Below the pieces are notes generated by a model. That model was not told the DNA's origin and made no database searches. It saw nothing but the letters and a program-made list of their open reading frames with translations. Shown here piece after piece: positions 27,201-36,511 of a stretch of DNA of 38,337 nucleotides. Where the stretch lies: assembly GCA_035388945.1 (NCBI GenBank), contig DAOOQW010000001.1:14547-52883 (forward strand), read 5' to 3'. This DNA comes from Flavobacteriales bacterium (GTDB lineage Bacteria; Bacteroidota; Bacteroidia; M30B66). The position numbers and the translations under genes are program-made. Positions within the stretch are counted from its first letter, which is position 1. Each line of letters starts with the position of its first letter.

Positions 27201-27240
27201 GAAAGTAGCCAAAGGTTCAGAATGTGGGCGCGTTTGTCAA

Positions 27241-28083
27241 ATGGCATGCAATTCGGGCAATACAAGCATGCAAGTACCCGAACAATATACTGGTGAAAAG
27301 GTTTTCGCCGCAAACATACAGGATTCCAAGCTATCTGTTGCCAAGGACACGAGTCTGGAAGACGAGCGACGGAAAGTCGTATTTAGTGCCATTTTTGCCG
27401 GATCACTCATTTTAGTGCTCTGGGTGGTGAAAATCTACGAATGGATTTTCGATCTCGATTTACACGAATTCGCCCTTCGCCCAAGAACATTGTCTGGAAT
27501 TCCAGGAATCTTTGCAGAACCGCTACTACATGGCGATTGGAGCCACCTAATTTCGAACAGTGTTCCCTTATTTCTGCTTTTGATGGCTACTTTGTATTTT
27601 TATAAGGGTATCGGTTTCAAAGTTTTAGGTTATATCTGGATTATCACCGGAGTTGGAGTTTGGCTCATTGCCCGCAACAGTTACCACATTGGTGCAAGTG
27701 GAATCGTCTATGGCTTAGCTTCCTTCCTTGCTTTAAGTGGGGTTCTCCGTAACGATACTCGATTAATGTCGGTCTCGCTGCTAATCATCTTTCTATATGG
27801 TGGAATGGTTTGGGGCGTTTTACCTTTATTTCAACATATTTCCTGGGAATCACATCTCATGGGCGCACTCGCCGGAATATTTTGTGCAATTCGCTACCGG
27901 AAACAAGGTCCACCTATTCGTAAATATTTTGAGGATGAAGAAGAAATTCCGCTCAGTCCTTCCGAAGAAATGGGGCCTTTTCTCCCGCCAGATTTCCATC
28001 CGGGGCAACCTTCTCAAATTCATCCCGGAGGTTTCTATTACCGATATGTACCGAAACAGCCAGAAGAGGAAGCAAAACCCTAA
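27241..28083 (+). CDS. Rhomboid-family intramembrane serine protease
   Basis: It has the catalytic GASG (HIGASGIVYG) and His (SHLMGALAG) in TM helices. The start is uncertain (27199, 27241 or 27268). I chose 27241 because a TTTG lies 4 nt upstream, as at other genes here. Confidence 0.75.
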   Translation: MACNSGNTSMQVPEQYTGEKVFAANIQDSKLSVAKDTSLEDERRKVVFSAIFAGSLILVLWVVKIYEWIFDLDLHEFALRPRTLSGIPGIFAEPLLHGDWSHLISNSVPLFLLLMATLYFYKGIGFKVLGYIWIITGVGVWLIARNSYHIGASGIVYGLASFLALSGVLRNDTRLMSVSLLIIFLYGGMVWGVLPLFQHISWESHLMGALAGIFCAIRYRKQGPPIRKYFEDEEEIPLSPSEEMGPFLPPDFHPGQPSQIHPGGFYYRYVPKQPEEEAKP

Positions 28084-28092
28084 CTTCGCGGC

Positions 28093-29967
28093 GTGAATTA
28101 TTTACAAGTAGATCGTCTCTCCAAATCGTTCGGAGAAAAAGTATTGTTCGAAAACATCAATTTCGGACTTCAACAAGGCCAGAAAACAGCACTCGTAGCT
28201 AAGAACGGAGCTGGAAAATCAACTCTCTTGCGCATCCTGATGGGAAAAGAAATTCCTGATACGGGTGAAGTAGTTTTTCGGAACGACTGTGAAGTTGCAT
28301 ATCTAGATCAACATCCGCCATTTGAGCCGGAACAAACTATTGTTGAAGCTGTATTTGCTTGGAAAGATCCGCGTTTGGAAGCCATTCGAGAATATGAGGA
28401 ATTATTGGAAACAGATCCTCACAGTGAACGTCTGCATGAGGTAATTCAAAAGGTTGACGATCTCAAAGCTTGGGATATGGAAGCCAAAGTGAAGGAAATC
28501 TTAGGGAAACTCGATATCCATCACCTCGAACAGAAAATGGGGCAACTTTCGGGCGGGCAACGGAAACGTGTGTCATTAGCGGCATTGCTCATTCGTGAAC
28601 CCGATTTGCTTTTGCTCGATGAGCCTACCAACCACTTGGATGTGGAAATGATCGAATGGCTCGAAGGTTACCTGCGACAAAGCAATCTTACTTTGTTGAT
28701 GGTTACCCACGACCGGTATTTTCTAGATAATGTGTGTACCGATATTTTGGAGATTGATCGTAAGTCGGTATTGCGTTACAAAGGAAATTACGCGTATTAC
28801 TTAGAGAAAAAAGCGGCTGCTATTGAGATGTTCAACAGCGAAGTGGAGAAGGCAAAAAACACATTCACCAAGGAATTAGAGTGGATGCGAAGAATGCCGA
28901 AAGCTCGCGGTACCAAAGCAAAATCGCGTATCGACAGCTTTTATGAAGTAAAAGAAAAAGCTTCTCAAAGACGTAATGACGATAAGGTTGAATTAAGTGT
29001 GAAGATGAATCGTTTGGGAGGAAAAATTCTCGAACTCATCAAGGTTTCAAAAGGATATGAAGGACGTACCTTGATTCAGCCTTTTACTTATACGTTTATC
29101 AAGGGAGAGAAAATTGGGATTGTAGGCAAGAACGGTTGTGGAAAATCGACCTTATTAAAGTTGATTATGAGCCAACTGGAACCAGATTCCGGTAAAATTG
29201 TGGTAGGCGAAACGGTCATCTTCGGTTACTATTCGCAGGATGGAATGAAGCTAGCCGAAGATAAGCGGGTGATTGAAGTAGTAAAGGACATTGGTGAATA
29301 TATACCGTTGGCTAACGGAACAAACCTCACGGCATCACAGCTTTTGCAATTATTTCTTTTTCCGCCTGAGATTCAATACACCTATGTTTCTAAGCTGAGC
29401 GGTGGAGAAAAACGGCGTCTATATTTGCTCACGGTCTTGATGAAGAATCCGAACTTCCTGATTCTCGATGAGCCAACGAACGACCTCGATATTCAAACAC
29501 TCAATATTCTTCAGGATTTCCTAGAGAATTTCAGTGGTTGTGTATTGATTGTATCGCATGACCGTTTCTTCATGGATAATCTAGCCGACCATCTTTTTGT
29601 ATTTGAAGGTGGCGGAGTGATTCGCGATTATAACGGTAACTACACCGATTATCGTCAGGAGCAGGCTGTTTTAGATAAAGCGAGTAAATCGGAACCGGCA
29701 GTTGTTGTTCCTGAAGTAGTTGTAAAGCAAGCCGCACCTAAGAAAGAGAAATCGAAACCGAGTTTTAAAGAAGTTCACGAGCATCAACAACTCGAAAAGG
29801 AAATTCCACAGCTTGAAGAACGTTTGGCAAACTTAACAACCAAGCTTAACAGCGGAATTACCGATCATGTGGAACTTCAGAAAATAGCTCAGGAAATAAC
29901 AGATTTATCTAACCAAATCGAGGAAAAGTCGATGCGATGGTTAGAGCTTTCCGAAATTGTAGGTTAA
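28093..29967 (+). CDS. ABC-F family ATPase (Uup-like, with a C-terminal coiled coil)
   Basis: 624 aa with a GTG start and no TM domain. It has two ABC cassettes: Walker A (KNGAGKST, GKNGCGKST), signature (LSGGQRKR, LSGGEKRR) and Walker B (LLLLDEPTNHLD, FLILDEPTNDLD). Confidence 0.9.
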   Translation: MNYLQVDRLSKSFGEKVLFENINFGLQQGQKTALVAKNGAGKSTLLRILMGKEIPDTGEVVFRNDCEVAYLDQHPPFEPEQTIVEAVFAWKDPRLEAIREYEELLETDPHSERLHEVIQKVDDLKAWDMEAKVKEILGKLDIHHLEQKMGQLSGGQRKRVSLAALLIREPDLLLLDEPTNHLDVEMIEWLEGYLRQSNLTLLMVTHDRYFLDNVCTDILEIDRKSVLRYKGNYAYYLEKKAAAIEMFNSEVEKAKNTFTKELEWMRRMPKARGTKAKSRIDSFYEVKEKASQRRNDDKVELSVKMNRLGGKILELIKVSKGYEGRTLIQPFTYTFIKGEKIGIVGKNGCGKSTLLKLIMSQLEPDSGKIVVGETVIFGYYSQDGMKLAEDKRVIEVVKDIGEYIPLANGTNLTASQLLQLFLFPPEIQYTYVSKLSGGEKRRLYLLTVLMKNPNFLILDEPTNDLDIQTLNILQDFLENFSGCVLIVSHDRFFMDNLADHLFVFEGGGVIRDYNGNYTDYRQEQAVLDKASKSEPAVVVPEVVVKQAAPKKEKSKPSFKEVHEHQQLEKEIPQLEERLANLTTKLNSGITDHVELQKIAQEITDLSNQIEEKSMRWLELSEIVG

Positions 29968-30374
29968 GCCTTATTTATCACCAAGGTTTTGGTCATTTGG
30001 TCATGTAATCCTTGTCTTTTCAAGGTGAACAAAGCCATCACGCAACCAAATCCAGCTGTAAAAAAGGAAAACAATCGGGCGAAGTAGCGGAAGAAAGCTT
30101 GTGGAACAGAAAGTTGATTGTGATCAACTGAGCAGATTTTGATTTTGAGAGCTAATTTCCCTACAGTTGCGCCTAATCGACTACTTTCCATGAGTATCGA
30201 ATACACACCATATACTTGAAAGAAAAATAAAGTGTTGATTTTTCGAAAGGCTTCATCACCAGCGAATTCTCCTGTGATTATCCAAGAAATTAATCCTGTA
30301 ATTATACTTACAAGAATCCAATCGATAAAAGTGGCAACTACTCGTTTCCAAAAGGCTGCGTACTGTTCTACCAT
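29964..30374 (-). CDS. RDD-family membrane protein
   Basis: The first ATG is at 30374 (MVEQYAAFWKRVVATFIDWIL); the track start is a TTG. It has R...D...D residues (KRVVATFID, GLHDQM) and three TM helices. Confidence 0.7.
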   Translation of the reverse strand: MVEQYAAFWKRVVATFIDWILVSIITGLISWIITGEFAGDEAFRKINTLFFFQVYGVYSILMESSRLGATVGKLALKIKICSVDHNQLSVPQAFFRYFARLFSFFTAGFGCVMALFTLKRQGLHDQMTKTLVINKA

Positions 30375-30471
30375 AGCTTGAGTTGAACTACAAATTAATG
30401 ACAAATCGAACGGTTCTTTTCTATCCTTTTCACTATTCTATCAGAATCCTATCTTCACCAAAAAAATACGC

Positions 30472-31509
30472 ATGAAAAAATTGTTGCCCATTGTACTGTT
30501 TGCACTGTTTTTAAGTGCTTGCCAATCGACCGTTTCGTACACTGGATTGCGACCTGCAGATGTGAATCTTCCAACTGAAATAAAATCAGTTGTATTAGTG
30601 AATCGCTACAAAGCCGATAAAAAGAACTCTTGGATAAATATTGTTGAAGGTATTTTTACGGGTGAAGTCATTTTTGCTGATAAACGTGGTGTTGAACAAG
30701 CGTTATCAGGCCTGCAACAACGTCTTCAGAGTGGTCCAAAATATACGGTTACAATTGCTAATGATCAACTAACTGGAACCGGCACAGGTGTTTTGCCTCC
30801 ACCATTGAGTCAAGGTGATATTCAAGCGTTATGTACGCAATACAATGCTGACGCGGTTATTACACTAGAAGCTTTCGATTCGGATATTGCAGTTACTCAT
30901 CAGCAAAAGATTAATAAACGCACCGAAAATGGGAAAGTGATTGAAGATATTTATTTTGAAGCTTTTGAAAATGTGCGAATTTCTATGTCTTGGCGTTTGT
31001 ACCTTAAAAGTACAGGATCCATTTTCGATCAGCATCAAATGAGCACCAATCGTTCATTCAGCAGTACAGGTAAAACTCCTGATTTAGCTCGAGCTGCTTT
31101 ATTATTTCCTGTTGATGCCATTATGCAAACAGGATTTCAGGGTGGAGATTCGTATGGAATTCGTATCGCTCCATCGTGGGTGAGTTATAATCGAATGATA
31201 TATACCCGTGCAGCACGTCGAGGTGGAATGAAGATCGCTAAACGCATGGCTTATCGCTCCGAGTGGGCTGAAGCTGCTACAATATGGGAGAAATTGAGCC
31301 AGTCGTCGAATCGAAAAGTAGCTAAACGTGCAATGTATAATCGTGCAGTTGCTGCCGAAATGTTGGGGAATTTTGATGAAGCATTACTATGGGCTCGTAA
31401 AGCAGCTAACCAACATGGTCTTCGCGCAGCCGATAATTACATCTATCAGCTCAACAGCCGATTGAACGAATTACAACGTTTGGATCAACAAATGAATCCG
31501 AATCCCTGA
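30472..31509 (+). CDS. Lipoprotein with an LpoB/CsgG-like N-terminal region and a C-terminal TPR-like helical region (resembles Bacteroidota DUF6340-type lipoproteins; from memory)
   Basis: It has the lipobox MKKLLPIVLFALFLSAC. The C-terminal helical repeat is WAEAATIWEKL...AMYNRAVAAEMLGNFDEALLWARKA. Confidence 0.6.
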   Translation: MKKLLPIVLFALFLSACQSTVSYTGLRPADVNLPTEIKSVVLVNRYKADKKNSWINIVEGIFTGEVIFADKRGVEQALSGLQQRLQSGPKYTVTIANDQLTGTGTGVLPPPLSQGDIQALCTQYNADAVITLEAFDSDIAVTHQQKINKRTENGKVIEDIYFEAFENVRISMSWRLYLKSTGSIFDQHQMSTNRSFSSTGKTPDLARAALLFPVDAIMQTGFQGGDSYGIRIAPSWVSYNRMIYTRAARRGGMKIAKRMAYRSEWAEAATIWEKLSQSSNRKVAKRAMYNRAVAAEMLGNFDEALLWARKAANQHGLRAADNYIYQLNSRLNELQRLDQQMNPNP

Positions 31510-31514
31510 AGTAC

Positions 31515-32084
31515 ATGGGTAAACCAGTAGAACCGGGGTATTCAGTCGAACAGGAATTAAGCGAAATTCAAGCTTCGCTGAAAAATCCACGGGAATTCGA
31601 GAAAATCTATTCTCGTCATTTTTCTACAATTTATGCCTACATCAAAAGTGCCACTGGAGATAAAAATCTAGCAGCTGACTTATGTTCGGATGTATTTTAT
31701 TCAGCATTAATCAATCTTGCTAAATACACTACCAGTGAAATGGGAATCAGACCTTGGTTATTTGGTATTGCCATAAATCGTCTGCGGATGTTCTTTCGTC
31801 AATCGGGACGAATGATGTATGTGCCAATTGATGATTTAAAATTGCAACAACTAACAGAGGAGGACTTGTCGCTCGAGAAGAAAGAAAGGAGGAAGCAATT
31901 ATCAGCCTATTTATCTTTACTTAACGAAGAAGAGCAAGAGTTTGTTCAACTTAGATTTGTAGCCGAATGCTCCTTTCGCGAGATTGCACTTGTCAAAGGA
32001 ATTAGTGAGGAAGCCTGTAAAATGAGGCTTTATCGCTTATTGGAAAGAATGCGAAAATCAATGGATAAGGATACCTTATTATGA
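31515..32084 (+). CDS. ECF-type RNA polymerase sigma-70 family factor
   Basis: 189 aa. Region 2 is FEKIYSRHFSTIYAYI...PWLFGIAINRLRMFFR. Region 4 HTH is EEQEFVQLRFVAECSFREIALVKGISEEACKMRLYRLLERM. The gene starts 5 nt after the lipoprotein gene. Confidence 0.85.
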   Translation: MGKPVEPGYSVEQELSEIQASLKNPREFEKIYSRHFSTIYAYIKSATGDKNLAADLCSDVFYSALINLAKYTTSEMGIRPWLFGIAINRLRMFFRQSGRMMYVPIDDLKLQQLTEEDLSLEKKERRKQLSAYLSLLNEEEQEFVQLRFVAECSFREIALVKGISEEACKMRLYRLLERMRKSMDKDTLL

Positions 32085-32299
32085 AAGAGTTCAATCGTAA
32101 AATTCAGGTAACCGATTCCAGTCAGCCTGATGAAAGAGAGCTTCAGGAAGCACGTGATTTTTCTCGCATTGTCACCCGATTGGATGAAGCGCGTAAACCA
32201 CTACCGAAACGTAAATTATATCAGTCGAAACAACGTTGGTTTTTTCTCGCTATACTTTTAATCATACTGATACTGTTGATTTTACTCGAAGTATTCTAA
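32081..32299 (+). CDS. Small tail-anchored membrane protein, putative minimal anti-sigma factor
   Basis: 72 aa. Its ATG overlaps the sigma stop (ATGA at 32081-32084). It has a charged N-terminal ~45 aa and a single C-terminal TM helix (WFFLAILLIILILLILL) with only 4 residues beyond it. Confidence 0.45.
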   Translation: MKEFNRKIQVTDSSQPDERELQEARDFSRIVTRLDEARKPLPKRKLYQSKQRWFFLAILLIILILLILLEVF

Positions 32300-32360
32300 A
32301 AACCGTTCTTCTTACCGTTACTTTTTTTCTGCGCGTGCATTTAGCTAATAAATCCTCGCT

Positions 32361-33068
32361 ATGAAAAAATCACCTAATTCAGTTTTGCTAGCATGTATTC
32401 TTTATTGCATGCCGTTTTTTGTATGCGCACAACCTGATATCAAAGATTCCCGGTATTTAAAATCGGGTTTTGTTCATTGCACCATAACTTCCATGAAAGG
32501 CATCCCTAAGCAAGGCGAGACCGTTGTATTTGAGGGAGAAAAATCCAAAAAGCAAGTTCAATCGGTTTCCGACTCAAAGGGAATTTGTGATGTATGGCTA
32601 CCCAAAGGGGATGTGTATTTAATAAAAGTGCTAACTGTTGGGAAGGAAGAAGATTATTCGAGCATTGAAGTGCCCGATAAACCTGGAGCGTTTCGAGGAA
32701 ACTATTCCATACAGTTTGATTTACCCACAACAGTTACACTCGATGACGTGCTTTTTGAAACAGGAAAATCGGTGCTTAAACCTTCATCTTTTCCATCCTT
32801 GCTCAAAGTAGCCGAATTACTCAAGCATAAGAAAGGACTCGTGATCGAAGTGGTTGGACATACCGATAATCGTGGTGATGCTGCTGCCAATATGAAACTG
32901 TCGCTTCAACGAGCTCAAGCTGTAAAAGCATACTTAGCCGAACATTCGGGTGCTGCAGAGCGGATTAAAGCAGATGGGCGTGGAGCCGATGAGCCAATTG
33001 CTGATAATGATTCGGAAGAAGGACGTAAGCTAAATCGCCGAACCGAAATTCATGTATTGAAAGAGTAA
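32361..33068 (+). CDS. OmpA-family protein (beta-sandwich N-domain plus OmpA_C peptidoglycan-binding domain)
   Basis: 235 aa with signal peptide VLLACILYCMPFFVCAQ. The OmpA_C motifs are VVGHTDNRGD...NMKLSLQRA...LNRRTEIHV. Confidence 0.85.
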   Translation: MKKSPNSVLLACILYCMPFFVCAQPDIKDSRYLKSGFVHCTITSMKGIPKQGETVVFEGEKSKKQVQSVSDSKGICDVWLPKGDVYLIKVLTVGKEEDYSSIEVPDKPGAFRGNYSIQFDLPTTVTLDDVLFETGKSVLKPSSFPSLLKVAELLKHKKGLVIEVVGHTDNRGDAAANMKLSLQRAQAVKAYLAEHSGAAERIKADGRGADEPIADNDSEEGRKLNRRTEIHVLKE

Positions 33069-34040
33069 TCAGATTCCTATCGGATGCCAGGTCGTTTTCA
33101 CTTCCAAATAATCCATAATTCGGTAAGGTGATTCCTGCTTGGCATCTGACCAATTTGGCTCTGCTTCGATACGAACTCGTTTCACATTCAAAGCAGCATT
33201 CGTTTCGGCCGATTTTTTCTGTGCATCATCGGAGGTGCAGATGTACAAGGCATTCACATCCATGTGCGTGGAGAAGTGCGACAATAATTCTTTCGTTTCC
33301 CCAGTAAGTATGTTGACTACTCCGCCCGGAACATCAGAAGAATTAAGCACTTCAGCAAATGTTACTGAACACAAAGGAAGGTCGCGGGAAGCTAAAACAA
33401 CACAGGTATTTCCTCCAGCGATAACAGGAGCAATAACAGAGATTAACCCAAGCAATCCACTTTTTTGAGGTGCAATCATAGCAACAACGCCCATTGATTC
33501 GGTGGATGAGAAGTTGAAGTGTGAACTACTCACCGGATTTACTGTACTGAAAACCTGATTATACTTATCGCACCAGCCGGCATAATAAATCAAGCGATCA
33601 ACTGATAATTCCACTTCTGCTTTTGCCGAAGCTTTTGTGCTTCCTTGTTGGATTAATTCTTCAACAAATTGAGCCGAACGCGTTTCTAACATTTCTGCTA
33701 TACGATACAGAATCTGACTGCGATTTAAAGCTGCTCTACCTGCCCAACTATCTTGTGCGTCGCGTGCTTTCACAACGGCATTTCTAAAATCCTTGCGGGA
33801 AGAAAGACAGATGTTGACTACTTCACCATCGCTTAAAGTCAATGGATAATAGCGACCCGATTCTGTTCTAGGAAATTGTCCGCCTATATAAATTTTATAG
33901 GTTTTCAAAACCTTGATTCGGTTGCTTGATGTTGAATTGGAATCAGCTTTACCATTGGCACTCACAGCAGATTTAGTTTCTGCTGGAACTGCTTTGGTTA
34001 CTTTATTCGGTTTAGCTGTTGCTTTTGTTGATGTTGCCAT
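33069..34040 (-). CDS. ALDH-fold protein lacking the catalytic domain (probable pseudoenzyme) with an N-terminal low-complexity K/T/S/A region
   Basis: 323 aa. It aligns by eye to the neighbouring ALDH from YIGGQF... through GGVVNILTGE...ALNVKRV. It then jumps to the extreme C-terminal motif (YLEVKTTW). The ELGGK Glu, the CxAGSR Cys and EEIFGPV are absent. PWNFP is replaced by APQKSG and VLKPAE by VLASRD. Confidence 0.7.
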   Translation of the reverse strand: MATSTKATAKPNKVTKAVPAETKSAVSANGKADSNSTSSNRIKVLKTYKIYIGGQFPRTESGRYYPLTLSDGEVVNICLSSRKDFRNAVVKARDAQDSWAGRAALNRSQILYRIAEMLETRSAQFVEELIQQGSTKASAKAEVELSVDRLIYYAGWCDKYNQVFSTVNPVSSSHFNFSSTESMGVVAMIAPQKSGLLGLISVIAPVIAGGNTCVVLASRDLPLCSVTFAEVLNSSDVPGGVVNILTGETKELLSHFSTHMDVNALYICTSDDAQKKSAETNAALNVKRVRIEAEPNWSDAKQESPYRIMDYLEVKTTWHPIGI

Positions 34041-34057
34041 GAGAAAATTCTTTGAAA

Positions 34058-35559
34058 TCAGGAAAATTGGAGATAGGGTAGAAGTCCGTGAAGGCCTCCT
34101 TCGCGACCAAAGCCACTTTCCTTGTATCCGCCAAATGGTGATGACGGATCAAATTTGTTATAGGTATTTGCCCAAACAACACCCGCTTTGAGCTTGGTTG
34201 TCATATTGAAAATCTTGGAACCTTTATCTGTCCATACTCCAGCACTCAATCCAAATGGTGTATTGTTCGCTTTCTCAATCACTTCTTCTACTGTTCTAAA
34301 CGTTTGAACAGCTAGTACAGGTCCGAAAATTTCTTCCTGAACTACGCGATGACTTTGAGATGTATGTAAAAACAAGGTTGGCTTGCAGAAATATCCTTTA
34401 GCTGGAACGGAACAATTCGGCTGATAAATCTCAGCACCTTCATTCACACCAATTTTCAGGTATTCGTTGATTTTCTTGAGTTGTTCTTTGGAGTTAATTG
34501 CTCCGATATCGGTGTTTTTATCCATCGGATCGCCTACAATTAAGCTTTCCATCCGATCTTTCAATTTGCGAATTACCTTATCTGCCACGCCTTCTTGAAC
34601 AAACAAACGAGAACCAGCACAGCAAACATGACCTTGATTGAAGAAAATCCCATTTACGATTCCTTCAACCGCTTGATCTAAAGGAGCATCTTCAAAAATG
34701 ATATTGGCAGCTTTTCCTCCCAACTCCAACGTGAGTTTCTTCCCAGTACCTGCAATTGCTTTCTGAATGATTTTACCCACATCGGTCGAACCGGTAAAAG
34801 CAATTTTGTCTACACCTGGATGATTTACAATAGCAGCTCCGGTTGCACCAGCGCCTGTAACAATATTCACTACTCCAGCTGGTAATCCTGACTCTTGAAT
34901 GATCTCAGCTAATTTCAAAGCTGTTAGCGGAGTAGTTCAGCTGGTTTTAGAACCACGGTGTTTCCTGTTGCTAATGCTGGAGCAATTTTCCATGCTGCCA
35001 TTAATAAAGGGAAATTCCATGGGATGATTTGTCCGGCTACGCCAATCGATTTTACTTCTCTACCCGGAAATGCATATTCTAATTTATCTGCCCAACCAGC
35101 ATAATAGAAGAAGTGATTAGCTGCTAAAGGAACATCTATGTCGCGGCTTTCACGAATTGATTTTCCACCATCCATGGTTTCGATCACTGCAAATTCACGA
35201 GCGCGTTCTTGAATCAAACGAGCAATGCGATAAATATACTTTCCACGTTCCTTTGCGGGCATTTTGCTCCACACATTTTCGTATGCGTTTCGAGCAGCTT
35301 TAACAGCCTTATCGACGTCTTCTTGAGTTGCTTCTGCTACACGAGCAAGCGACTGTTCGGTGGATGGGCTGAATGTTTCAAAATAGCCACCTTTAACAGG
35401 TTTCACCCATTCACCGTTGATGAAAAGCTCGTACTGCTTTTGCAAACGAATGTGTCCGGTTGATTCCGGAGCCGGAGCATAAGCAAGCTTAGAAATGAAA
35501 TCGAGCGACAATTCTGACGCGTCGGCTGATTTCGATGATTTATGCGATTTTTTCGACAT
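34058..35559 (-). pseudogene. NAD(P)-dependent aldehyde dehydrogenase interrupted by a 1-nt frameshift (apparent pseudogene or sequencing error)
   Basis: Two abutting ORFs (34924-35580 and 34058-34918) together give a complete ALDH. The upstream part ends ...PWNFPLLMAAWKIAPALATGNTVVLKPAE-LLR*. The other frame continues TPLTALKLAEIIQESGLPAGVVNIVTG...LELGGK...CCAGSR...EEIFGPV...GGYKESGFGRE. The frames can only be joined between 34927 and 34936. The first ATG is at 35559 (the track start at 35580 is a TTG). Confidence 0.8.
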
Positions 35560-35585
35560 GGTATGATTGGATTGGGGCAATGCCC

Positions 35586-36497
35586 TTAGTCGTTCGAGAA
35601 ATAGTTCAGACTTTGATAAACACCTGTTTCCTGTTTAACCAGTTGCATGATGATATCGTTTGTCAATTTAGAGGCTCCAAAGCGGAACCAATCAGGATGA
35701 AGCCAATCAGCACCAAGGGTTTCTTTCACCATAACTAGATAATGCAGTGCGAGTTTAGAATTGGCAATTCCACCAGCAGGTTTCATTCCTATCATTTTAC
35801 CCGTTGCGTAGTAGTAATCTCGTATAGCTTCAAGCATAACCAAGGTAACAGGCATGGTAGCAGCAGGTTGAATTTTTCCTGTTGAGGTTTTGATAAAATC
35901 TGCGCCAGCTAATATGGCTAAGTCGGAAGCTTTACGAACGTTATCAAGTGTGCTGAGCTCTCCTGTTTCGAGGATAACTTTCAAGTGAGCTTTTCCGCAA
36001 GCTTCTTTGATTGCAGCAATTTCATCAAATACGAAATTGAATTCACCGGAAAGAAATTTACCTCGGCTTATCACCATATCAATCTCATCGGCACCTTCTT
36101 CAACCGCAAAACGGGTATCGTCCAACTTAACTTTTAGTGGCGCTAAACCACTAGGAAATGCTGTAGCAACAGAGGCAACATGAATTTTACTTCCTGCCAA
36201 AGCTTTACGGGCAACTTTCACCATGGTTGGATAAACACAAACTGCCGCCACCTGAGGAATTCCCGGAAAAGCATCATGTGGATGCATAGCCTTGTAACAC
36301 ATTTGCTGAACTTTCCCAACCGAATCTTTCCCTTCGAGGGTAGTTAGGTCAATCATGCTCATGGCGAGTTTTAAGCCGGCAATCTTAGTTTCGTCTTTTA
36401 TGCTTCGTGTTTGGAAGCGTGCACATCGTTCTTCAACGCCAACCTGATCTATGGTCGGACTGAGTGCAGGATTGTATGATTTTATAGTTGTTCCCAT
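35586..36497 (-). CDS. deoC: Deoxyribose-phosphate aldolase (long form)
   Basis: 303 aa with class I aldolase motifs: IDLTTLEG, EIDMVIS and the Schiff-base Lys in ADFIKTSTGK. Confidence 0.9.
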   Translation of the reverse strand: MGTTIKSYNPALSPTIDQVGVEERCARFQTRSIKDETKIAGLKLAMSMIDLTTLEGKDSVGKVQQMCYKAMHPHDAFPGIPQVAAVCVYPTMVKVARKALAGSKIHVASVATAFPSGLAPLKVKLDDTRFAVEEGADEIDMVISRGKFLSGEFNFVFDEIAAIKEACGKAHLKVILETGELSTLDNVRKASDLAILAGADFIKTSTGKIQPAATMPVTLVMLEAIRDYYYATGKMIGMKPAGGIANSKLALHYLVMVKETLGADWLHPDWFRFGASKLTNDIIMQLVKQETGVYQSLNYFSND

Positions 36498-36511
36498 CTG
36501 CGGTTCTTGCT

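Noticed and set aside
34924-34940. Programmed ribosomal frameshifting as an explanation for the split ALDH.
   Set aside because: Restoring the frame needs a -1 shift at GAA-CTA-CTC. There is no X-XXY-YYZ slippery heptamer, no homopolymer, and no obvious downstream stimulatory structure. A mutation or sequencing error is more parsimonious.
33906-35559. N-terminal ALDH extensions as bacterial-microcompartment encapsulation peptides.
   Set aside because: No BMC shell (BMC-H/T/P) or encapsulin genes occur anywhere in the window. The resemblance is only a short amphipathic stretch.
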